This document shows positions 10,953-18,332 of a DNA stretch of 64,000 nucleotides, in pieces (position 1 is the stretch's first letter; each line of letters begins with the position of its first letter). Both the position numbers and the translations under genes were made by a program. The stretch covers positions 1,491-65,490 of the forward strand of contig JBFIPZ010000001.1 in assembly GCA_041609855.1 (NCBI GenBank), read 5' to 3'. The notes under the pieces were generated by a model. It was not told the origin of the DNA and ran no database searches. It worked only from the letters and a program-made list of their open reading frames with translations. Source of the stretch: Nitrosopumilaceae archaeon. Lineage in GTDB: Archaea; Thermoproteota; Nitrososphaeria; Nitrososphaerales; Nitrosopumilaceae.

Positions 10953-11075
10953 TTTTACTATGAAGTGTGGAGTTTGGGTGATGTATTGATTGTGATAAAT
11001 TATGTGAGTATGTTAATCTAAGATGTGAAATAATGTTGGTCAATCACAATAAATCACAAATTAAGAATCGTTTAT

Positions 11076-11678
11076 GTGATGTTAATAGAAATTCCAGATC
11101 CTGATGTAATTGCAAGTGTGATTGTGGCTTTTTTGGTAGGTTTGGGGGGTCTTTTTGTATATTACAAGTTACGTCCGATGATTAAATCAAAGGAAGCAAT
11201 AGACCCATCACAAACAGAACGATTAGAGTATTACGAACGGCAATTAATTGATATGAAAATACGTTTGGATTCATTAGAAATGCAAGGAATAGAGGCAAAA
11301 GTTGAAGATCCTAACCTAGAATTGAAACAATTCTTAGAAAAACTTGCAAAAAATGAGGTAAAGGAAAACCCTACTAAAAACACAATTCAAACCAAATCTA
11401 AAGCTGAGGAGCCTCAAATTTCGTCTCGTATGCCTAATTTGGACCACAACAATGCAACAGATTATGTGTTGCATCTAATCACAAACAAAGCCATGACATC
11501 ACGTGACATACAAATCACATTAAAAAGAAGTAGAGAGCATACATCAAGGTTAATGAAAAAATTATTTGATGATGGATATGTTAAAAGAAACACCGATTCT
11601 AAACCATATACCTACTCAATTTCGGAAAAGGGAAAAGAGAAAATAGGTAATATTGAGTCTAGTCCAACTGTTGTTTAA
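11076..11678 (+). CDS. membrane-anchored winged-helix DNA-binding protein
   Basis: N-terminal TM helix (VIASVIVAFLVGLGGLFVYY), then a coiled-coil linker, then a C-terminal MarR/wHTH-like segment DYVLHLITNKAMTSRDIQITLKRSREHTSRLMKKLFDDGYVKR. Confidence 0.6.
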   Translation: MMLIEIPDPDVIASVIVAFLVGLGGLFVYYKLRPMIKSKEAIDPSQTERLEYYERQLIDMKIRLDSLEMQGIEAKVEDPNLELKQFLEKLAKNEVKENPTKNTIQTKSKAEEPQISSRMPNLDHNNATDYVLHLITNKAMTSRDIQITLKRSREHTSRLMKKLFDDGYVKRNTDSKPYTYSISEKGKEKIGNIESSPTVV

Positions 11679-11784
11679 TCCATTTTGATTTTTTCTATTA
11701 TGAAATTTAAGTGGTAAAACTTGTAATTGGTGGTTATTTATTAATAATTATAAATTATATATATTATTATTATATAATAATTAT

Positions 11785-11946
11785 ATGTCAATACAAGAAA
11801 ATGAGGTCCTTGTAAAAATAACCTCCGCAGGGACAATTTCTATACCAAAACAATTCAGAAAGTATATGGATATCCAAAAGGGAGAATATGTTAAGTTGAT
11901 TTTGGGAAAAGATCGATTAATTGTGCGTAAAATAACAATAAGTTAG
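11785..11946 (+). CDS. AbrB/SpoVT-family DNA-binding protein (53 aa, below the ORF-track cutoff)
   Basis: Manual translation gives MSIQENEVLVKITSAGTISIPKQFRKYMDIQKGEYVKLILGKDRLIVRKITIS*. The motif GTISIPKQFRKxxxIxxGxxV is the swapped-hairpin AbrB/MazE signature. Confidence 0.65.
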   Translation: MSIQENEVLVKITSAGTISIPKQFRKYMDIQKGEYVKLILGKDRLIVRKITIS

Positions 11947-12329
11947 GTTTGTTTTTGACTTAGTTTTATGGTGTGATAGGTCCATTCACGACCTGTTCTT
12001 ACCCTATCAATTTTTCCTTTTGTAGAAAATCTGGACAAATATGTGGAAATAATACTTAGTTTTACCGGCTCATCATATTCATCTTCATATTTTTCCAATA
12101 TATTCGTCGAGGTAAACTTGCCTATTGGGAAAAATTTATCTATAATATTCCAAATTTTGGCTCCAACAGAGTCCATATTGGTAATCCCTTGGTCCTCTTC
12201 AATATTCATAAGATCCATCATTTCAAATATTTTAAGGACCTTTTCTCTGGTTACATTTCCCTCTAATTTTATATCATAACGAGCTCCTTCCGAATCTTCC
12301 ATACCAATACGAATGTGCTTTTTTGCCAT
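11943..12329 (-). CDS. hypothetical protein with a possible C-terminal winged helix, flanking the origin
   Basis: 128 aa. The C-terminal segment NILEKYEDEYDEPVKLSIISTYLSRFSTKGKIDRVRTGREWTYH looks wHTH-like. Its start abuts the candidate oriC. Confidence 0.55.
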   Translation of the reverse strand: MAKKHIRIGMEDSEGARYDIKLEGNVTREKVLKIFEMMDLMNIEEDQGITNMDSVGAKIWNIIDKFFPIGKFTSTNILEKYEDEYDEPVKLSIISTYLSRFSTKGKIDRVRTGREWTYHTIKLSQKQT

Positions 12330-12486
12330 TTTAGATCTTTGAGGATCGATTGTTAACAGTTCAATAGATCCCAGAAGTTTTGTTAACTAGTTGGTTTGTT
12401 AACTTTGACTGCCTAACCCATGCCTAGAATGGTTTTTGTTATTAACAACTATTCCTAAATTAATAAAATAAAAGGCCTTATTTCAT

Positions 12487-12515
12487 GCCTGGAGTGGAAA
12501 TAAAGGGGTAAAATT
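12487..12515 (+). repeat. ORB-like origin repeat, copy 1
   Basis: gcctggagtggaaataaaggggtaaaatt. The GGAGTGGAAAT core plus a downstream GGGG string resembles archaeal origin recognition boxes (CCAGTGGAAA core plus G-string). Confidence 0.65.
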
Positions 12516-12547
12516 CGAATGTTCACAGTGTTAACGTCTATCTTAAC

Positions 12548-12576
12548 GCCTGGAATGGAAATAAAGGGGTAAAATT
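12548..12576 (+). repeat. ORB-like origin repeat, copy 2
   Basis: gcctggaatggaaataaaggggtaaaatt. It matches copy 1 at 28 of 29 positions and lies 61 bp downstream. A partial third match, gcctagaatgg, is at 12422-12432. Confidence 0.65.
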
Positions 12577-12649
12577 ACGGTTTTGGGTGGCTATTTAACA
12601 TCAAATTAACATTATGTTAACCTAGGCACGATTTTCACCCACACACCAA

Positions 12650-12661
12650 TATTTCCACTCC
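12650..12661 (-). repeat. inverted mini-ORB core
   Basis: tatttccactcc is the exact reverse complement of ggagtggaaata, the core of copy 1. This gives inverted ORB cores on either side of 12577-12649. Confidence 0.55.
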
Positions 12662-12798
12662 TCTTTTTCTTTAAATTTTTTTATTGGGAAAATCTAACTA
12701 AAAATAATTAATTACAAACTAAACTAGAGTTACTATTCTATTCTTTACTCTTCAAATTAAGATATGATCATATTGTTAACTAGTAGAAACAAAGGTGT

Positions 12799-14007
12799 GT
12801 GAGTATGTCAGACCCAATTGATAGAATGTTAGATGCAGCAGAGTCTGGAAAATCTATAATAAAAAACAGAGATATTCTTCATTTTACCTTTATACCTGAA
12901 ATTATCCAACATAGAGATTCTGAACAGGAACAAGTAACCCAATCACTTCTCCCTATTCTTAAAAAATCCAGACCATCAAATCTATTGGTTTATGGTAAAC
13001 CGGGAACTGGAAAAACCCTTGTGGTAAAAAAAGTAGTATCAAAAATTCAAGAAAGAGTTAGAAAGTCGAATTTTCCAATAAAATTAATTTATACAAACTC
13101 TAAAGAGGAGACAACTCTATATGGTTTGTTAGTAAGTTTTGGAAGGCAATTAGAATTATCAGAGAAGGAATTACCCACAACTGGACTTGCAATTAGTGAA
13201 GTCTTTAAACGAATTTTAAATAATATAGATGAGAAAAAAATTAATGTTATTTTTGTAATTGATGAAATTGACTATCTTGCACAACTAGCCTCCAAAACAG
13301 GTAAGGATATTTTATACCAACTAACTCGAGCCAATGAGAGGTTAAAACAAGGCTCTTTAACCCTAGTTGGCATCTCTAATGATTTAACTTTTAAAGAAAA
13401 ACTTGACCCTAGAGTAATTAGCAGTTTAGGGGAAGAAGAAATTGTTTTTACTAATTATAATGTAGAACAAATAAAAAAAATTCTTAAGGAAAGAATAGAC
13501 CATGCTTTTATTATAAATTCAGTTCAAGAACCTGCACTAAATCTATGTGCAGCCTTAGCCGGGGGTGAGCATGGAGATGCACGAAGAGCAATTGATTTGA
13601 TTCGTGTTGCAGGAGAAATTGCTGAAAGAAAACAATCAGAAAAAGTCACTGAAGAACATGTTAGAGAGGCCTCTTTAAAAATAGAAGAAAATAAAGAAGA
13701 AACATCACTCAAATCTTATCCTCTTCATGAGAAATTATTAATTTTAGCTATATTGAAGGCAGGAGGTTCATCCACCGGAGAAATTTACGCTTCATACAAA
13801 GCATTATGTAAAGTCGTAGGACGGCAGGAACTAACCCAACGAAGGATAACACAAATGTTGAGTGAAATTGAATTATCTGGAATTATTAGTGGTCGGCTTA
13901 TTCATCAAGGGATTCATGGAAGAACAAAAAAATACAAACTTACAATTTCTCCAGAAATGGTAAAAAAGACCTTCAAAGATGATCTAACTTTACAAGATAT
14001 TGTCTAA
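12799..14007 (+). CDS. cdc6: Orc1/Cdc6 replication initiator
   Basis: 402 aa. Walker A is GKPGTGKT, Walker B is VIFVIDEIDYL, sensor regions are present, and a C-terminal winged helix reads LTQRRITQMLSEIELSGII...GRTKKY. Confidence 0.95.
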   Translation: MSMSDPIDRMLDAAESGKSIIKNRDILHFTFIPEIIQHRDSEQEQVTQSLLPILKKSRPSNLLVYGKPGTGKTLVVKKVVSKIQERVRKSNFPIKLIYTNSKEETTLYGLLVSFGRQLELSEKELPTTGLAISEVFKRILNNIDEKKINVIFVIDEIDYLAQLASKTGKDILYQLTRANERLKQGSLTLVGISNDLTFKEKLDPRVISSLGEEEIVFTNYNVEQIKKILKERIDHAFIINSVQEPALNLCAALAGGEHGDARRAIDLIRVAGEIAERKQSEKVTEEHVREASLKIEENKEETSLKSYPLHEKLLILAILKAGGSSTGEIYASYKALCKVVGRQELTQRRITQMLSEIELSGIISGRLIHQGIHGRTKKYKLTISPEMVKKTFKDDLTLQDIV

Positions 14008-15432
14008 TTTTGAATTATAATTTTGGTGTAACACTTGAAATGTTTTTAAATTTACCATTAAGGCAATTCCAGGATTTGGGGTCATCCCAACACTAGCTTG
14101 AAAAGGAGTTTGATTTTGCCAAGATCCTGAGTTAACCAAAAGAATACCTTTGTACATATCTAATTGTGCTCTATGAACGTGGCCAACATGAAAGATATCT
14201 GGTATTTCCTCAATAACCAACAAATCCTCTAATTCAGGTGCAATAGGCGTTTGGCTACCATAGATAGGACTTAGGTGTCTTGTCTTTAGAAGTTGCTTCA
14301 TTACATTGGTAGGACTATCATAACTCAATCCAGGTGTAGTCTTTACGATATCATCAATACTCTGTCCATGAAACATCAATACCTTTACTCCATTCAATGA
14401 AACCACAGCTGGATTACCAACCATAACTACATTCTCTCTTTCCCATAACTCAGGATTGAATTTTTTTGGTATCGCAGGCTGCGGCAACGCTCTTCTTCCT
14501 GGGTCGTGGTTTCCAGGCATAATGAAAATTTTGATGCGGTCGGGAATTTTATCAATTAAATCCTCCATCTTTTTTAGTTGTTCTTCAATAGTTTGGCAAA
14601 CTAATTCTTTGTCTTGATTTGGATAAATACCAACTCCATCAACAACATCCCCACAAATTAAAACAAATCGAATTTTACGTGCTACAGGATCATGACTAGA
14701 TAACCAAGAAATAAAATCCTTGAATTCATCCTCCATGAAATACTTACTTCCAATATGTAAATCCGATAGAAAAACAGCAAAAGTTTCTGATTCTGATCTA
14801 TTTGATGCTTGGTCAGGTATATCTGGCGAAATTAAATCCTTAATTATAAAACCTGAATTTTTTCCAAATCCTATTCGCGCCATAACAAACTGGTCATTTA
14901 ACAATAAATCTGCATTCTTTTGAAGATCATTATCAAAAATAATTCCTTCAAACGAACCTGTAGGGTCCTCTAACAATAATTTTGTAATGTTTCTCTCACT
15001 AATTCTAGCAGTTAATAGACCACAAATGTACATGTCATCATTAGATTTTATCGATTTTATTGAGGCAATCGACTTTAACATTTTAGATTCAGGCCTATCA
15101 GAAACAATTCTTTTTAGTTTGTTAAACCTACTTGCAAACAAGGAATTATACCCATTAATCCCCTCACCACTAGTAATTTTCTCAGATGGGTCAAAAAGAA
15201 TTTTGTATTCATTTTGAAGATTCTTATCCTCTTTTATTCCAAAATAATTTTCTAGATCATCTTGGTTTATCTGAAAGGATTTTTGTTTTATTTTTTCTCT
15301 TACAATTTCTTTAATTATTTTTTCGAGTTTTTTTACATCTACGTTTTCCAAAAATTCAAAAGCATTAGGATGAATTTGAAATCCTTTATTCAAAGCGTAA
15401 TTCAAAACAAGGGTTAATTCTTTCTTCAACAT
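13990..15432 (-). CDS. polB: DNA polymerase D (Pol II) small subunit DP1
   Basis: 480 aa. Calcineurin-like phosphoesterase motifs are present (LSDLHIGS, CGDVVDGVGIYP, PGNHD, GHVH), with an OB-like middle region. It converges on cdc6 and overlaps its 3' end by 18 nt. Confidence 0.93.
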   Translation of the reverse strand: MLKKELTLVLNYALNKGFQIHPNAFEFLENVDVKKLEKIIKEIVREKIKQKSFQINQDDLENYFGIKEDKNLQNEYKILFDPSEKITSGEGINGYNSLFASRFNKLKRIVSDRPESKMLKSIASIKSIKSNDDMYICGLLTARISERNITKLLLEDPTGSFEGIIFDNDLQKNADLLLNDQFVMARIGFGKNSGFIIKDLISPDIPDQASNRSESETFAVFLSDLHIGSKYFMEDEFKDFISWLSSHDPVARKIRFVLICGDVVDGVGIYPNQDKELVCQTIEEQLKKMEDLIDKIPDRIKIFIMPGNHDPGRRALPQPAIPKKFNPELWERENVVMVGNPAVVSLNGVKVLMFHGQSIDDIVKTTPGLSYDSPTNVMKQLLKTRHLSPIYGSQTPIAPELEDLLVIEEIPDIFHVGHVHRAQLDMYKGILLVNSGSWQNQTPFQASVGMTPNPGIALMVNLKTFQVLHQNYNSKLDNIL

Positions 15433-15507
15433 CCAAGAATATCTTCTGGTTTAATTAAATCTGCGCCTATGCCGAACCCTCAAATATTGTAAAATTAAAA
15501 ACACATC

Positions 15508-16044
15508 ATGTCTAAAATGAGGGTAATTACATTTTTTGTGTTCATGGGATTATTTTCCTTGGTATTTCAAATAGGAACAATGCTTGAAGTTAGTGAAGAA
15601 GACGCAAACATATTCATGCAAGAATTTGAAAAATTAATTAAAGATATTGATGCCATTGGAATTTTTGTACATAATACTACAATCTCACTACCAATGTTTA
15701 TTCCTGGATTTGGAATAGCGTGGGGTCTTTTTTCAGCAGGCTCTACAGGGTATGCATTTTCTGCTATAACCGTTATAGCCCCTGAGCTAAAAGAAATTCC
15801 GCCTCTTACTATTCTATTCTTGTCACCATTTGGATTAATGGAACTTTGTGCCTACTCTCTTGCAACATCAAGAAGTTATATCTTGATAAGAGCAATTTCT
15901 AAAAAAATTAATCTAAAACCTTTCTTAAAACCAACCCTTATTGAAATTGGTGTTGTTGTGGGATTGCTCTTAGCTGGAGGATTTTTGGAAGATTATATGA
16001 TAAAACTCGCTCAAGAAGATGGTTTTCAAATGCCTACTCTTTAG
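15508..16044 (+). CDS. SpoIIM-like (DUF95) integral membrane protein
   Basis: 178 aa with four to five TM helices. The motif VHNTTISLPMFIPGFGIAWG is typical of the stage II sporulation protein M family. Confidence 0.6.
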   Translation: MSKMRVITFFVFMGLFSLVFQIGTMLEVSEEDANIFMQEFEKLIKDIDAIGIFVHNTTISLPMFIPGFGIAWGLFSAGSTGYAFSAITVIAPELKEIPPLTILFLSPFGLMELCAYSLATSRSYILIRAISKKINLKPFLKPTLIEIGVVVGLLLAGGFLEDYMIKLAQEDGFQMPTL

Positions 16045-16124
16045 CGTAAAAATTGGTAATTTGTGTACCCAGTCTAAAAAATTTTAGTAGCAAATTATAA
16101 ACTAAATAAATAGAAAAACATACC

Positions 16125-17054
16125 GTGAATAAATCCCTTATAGGACTATTAGGTTTTTGTGTTTTGTTCTCTGGATTTTTAATAAATGAGGCTTTTGCTG
16201 AAGTTAATGAAGATTCGGCCTATCTTCTTGAAGGCTCTGGGTTTGCTGTAACTGAGGAAAAAATCCGACTCTCTGAAATTGATATTGGATTATCATCTCA
16301 AAAACAAATAGGTAGTAGTATTGATTTTTTGATTGAAGATGGATTTGTTACATTAGATAATGAAGATTTTGTTATTTCAGAACTTGAGGGAAAATTTCTT
16401 CGAGAAGGCCGATATATTAGAATTAATGGAAATATTGAAAGCGCAGGTGGTTTTGATACTACGATTAGTTTTTTTGGACGATTAGTTGAAGAGAGTAAAA
16501 ATGGGTCCATTTATGGATTTACTGGAAGAATCAACACATTAGACAATTCTTATAAAATTATCTACACCTCCAAACTTTCTCAATTAACAAAAATAATAAA
16601 AACAACAGATGTTGGTATTGATGATGAAAAATTAACAATTCACATTCTTCGAGGCGCCTCAAACCAAGGAGTATTAAATAGTTACATTGAAAGTGGTGAA
16701 ACAAAGAACCTTAAACTTGGAGATACTAATCCCATAAGATTAAGTTATTTTTCAAAAGATAGGATTACTATTGAACCTGGAACAACAATTACTTTTGTAA
16801 ATGATGACACCGTTTCTCACAGCATTGTTAGTGGAAAAGAAAACTATGGTGATAGACACAATCCATTTACTCTTGATGGAAGAATCTCCAGCCCAGAAAT
16901 ATTACCTGGAAAATCAATTGATATAACATTTGATGAAATGGGATTTTATAGATTATATGATCCAAAATATCCTTGGATGAAAATAGTTGCTTATTCCTTC
17001 CCCAATGTAGACAATATTATCCTTGGAACGACCAAAAATCAACAAGGAAACTAA
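16125..17054 (+). CDS. secreted protein with a C-terminal cupredoxin-like domain lacking the Cu-ligand Cys
   Basis: A signal peptide (LIGLLGFCVLFSGFLINEAFA) is present. The C-terminus ITIEPGTTITFVNDDTVSHSIVSG...GFYRLYDPKYPWMKIVA follows the plastocyanin/amicyanin pattern, but D and Y sit where the Cys and His ligands are expected. Confidence 0.55.
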   Translation: MNKSLIGLLGFCVLFSGFLINEAFAEVNEDSAYLLEGSGFAVTEEKIRLSEIDIGLSSQKQIGSSIDFLIEDGFVTLDNEDFVISELEGKFLREGRYIRINGNIESAGGFDTTISFFGRLVEESKNGSIYGFTGRINTLDNSYKIIYTSKLSQLTKIIKTTDVGIDDEKLTIHILRGASNQGVLNSYIESGETKNLKLGDTNPIRLSYFSKDRITIEPGTTITFVNDDTVSHSIVSGKENYGDRHNPFTLDGRISSPEILPGKSIDITFDEMGFYRLYDPKYPWMKIVAYSFPNVDNIILGTTKNQQGN

Positions 17055-17824
17055 TTTTCCCACTGCCATTTGTAATTTATATAGGAATCTAATTTGGTTT
17101 GGCTGAACACCATTACACATAGATCAGAAAACTCCTTTCCCTCCAAATCTCTAACAGTGCCTACAAAATTAGTCTCATTTTCTTTAGTTAAATTTTCAAA
17201 TACATGAACTTTCATATTTTTTGTGGAAAAATTATTTTTTTTGAGGTAAAATGCAATTTCTGATGGCATGAAATGCTTTTCTGGTTTTTTAGGCCATGGA
17301 CGTGGAATCAAAATTACGCTAAACCCATCAATTAGGGCTTTTTGTAACTCTAGTTTCTTTTCTTCAATGGAAGTGGTTACATGCATTGTAATTACTTTAG
17401 ATTTATCTAGTGGAATTCTGGCTTTTGATGCGGCCACCTGAATCGAGCTTATTCCAGAAATTATTTCAACCTCACCAAAAATCTCAATTAAACGATCTAC
17501 AACTTCTGATTCAGAAAAATTTACATCACCAGTAAAAGGAATTACTAAAGATCTCGTACCTAAAACAGGTAATATTTTCTGATAAGACTCTTCTTGGTTT
17601 TTCATAGTAACTTCATGAACTTCTTTTCCTCTTAACAAATCTTGGATTGTTTCTAAAGTGTATTTGTATCCAATTACAATATCACATTTCTGTATTTTTT
17701 CTTTTACAATTTCTGTAATAAATTTTGGTGAGCCCGGCCCAACACCAACTGCATAGATTTTTCCCAACTTACCTTGTAATTTTTTGCCTTTCTTTAATAT
17801 ATTGCACAAATGGTTCCCAATCAA
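17051..17824 (-). CDS. cbiE: cobalt-precorrin-7 (C5)-methyltransferase / precorrin-6Y methylase, CbiE type
   Basis: Tetrapyrrole methylase N-terminus IYAVGVGPGSPKFITEIVKEKIQKCDIVIGY. The start is uncertain: the ORF-track TTG at 17824 overlaps the upstream gene by 56 nt, and an in-frame TTG at 17767 is also possible. Confidence 0.8.
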   Translation of the reverse strand: MIGNHLCNILKKGKKLQGKLGKIYAVGVGPGSPKFITEIVKEKIQKCDIVIGYKYTLETIQDLLRGKEVHEVTMKNQEESYQKILPVLGTRSLVIPFTGDVNFSESEVVDRLIEIFGEVEIISGISSIQVAASKARIPLDKSKVITMHVTTSIEEKKLELQKALIDGFSVILIPRPWPKKPEKHFMPSEIAFYLKKNNFSTKNMKVHVFENLTKENETNFVGTVRDLEGKEFSDLCVMVFSQTKLDSYINYKWQWEN

Positions 17825-18260
17825 CCCTCATGTACTTGGTTGGCTCTTTTGCAGGATACTTTACCCAATCTTGGGCAATAGAATATTGATGTTTTTCAAG
17901 TTTTTCATTTTTCTGATATTCAACAACCAATATACTCCCCCATGTTTTTTCTTCAAATGAAATATCCAAAATATCATCAAATCTTAATTCTACATTTTTT
18001 TCATTTTCCAAATCATTTTCTAGATTATTTTCATTATACCCATCATGAGTTATCATTGTATTTTTTGATTTTAAAAAATGAACAGTTTGCCGTTGTCTGA
18101 TTGCATCCCACCATTTCTTTTTTGCCTCAGTTTTGCGGATAAACATTAGATGTTTGTCCGTTAAAACTAACATACCTTCTCTTCCTCCAACAGAAAAGAA
18201 TTTTTTTGATTCTCTCCACACTGATACTAAATGTGCCTGAATTTTCTCATCAGGTTCCAT
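17769..18260 (-). CDS. hypothetical protein, PH/GRAM-like fold suspected
   Basis: 163 aa. The segment GREGMLVLTDKHLMFIRKTE resembles bacterial PH-domain proteins. There are no other motifs. Confidence 0.5.
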   Translation of the reverse strand: MEPDEKIQAHLVSVWRESKKFFSVGGREGMLVLTDKHLMFIRKTEAKKKWWDAIRQRQTVHFLKSKNTMITHDGYNENNLENDLENEKNVELRFDDILDISFEEKTWGSILVVEYQKNEKLEKHQYSIAQDWVKYPAKEPTKYMRVDWEPFVQYIKERQKITR

Positions 18261-18332
18261 ATTCGTTGATAAAATCGACTTGTTAAAAACTAATACAATT
18301 GGCTTTTATGTAAGATGATTTGAGGAAATTTA

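Larger units (their letters stand above)
12330..12798. other. candidate chromosomal replication origin (oriC) upstream of orc1/cdc6
   Basis: A 469-bp non-coding gap lies directly 5' of orc1/cdc6. It holds two long direct ORB-like repeats, one inverted core copy, an AT-rich stretch (12662-12770) and six TGTTAAC motifs. Confidence 0.65.

Noticed and set aside
11700-11784. Extremely AT-rich, partly palindromic stretch (ataattataaattatatatattattattatataataattata) as a second DNA-unwinding element or repeat element
   Set aside because: It lies about 600 bp from the ORB repeats and immediately upstream of the AbrB ORF. It is most simply a promoter or TATA-rich spacer, and there are no flanking repeats.
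11785-12329. AbrB-type antitoxin plus toxin pair
   Set aside because: The downstream ORF is on the opposite strand and has no PIN, MazF or other toxin motifs. The AbrB gene appears to be solitary.
12487-12576. Mini CRISPR-like array (29-bp repeats with 61-bp periodicity)
   Set aside because: There are only two full copies, no cas genes and an inverted core copy nearby. The position next to orc1/cdc6 fits origin recognition boxes instead.
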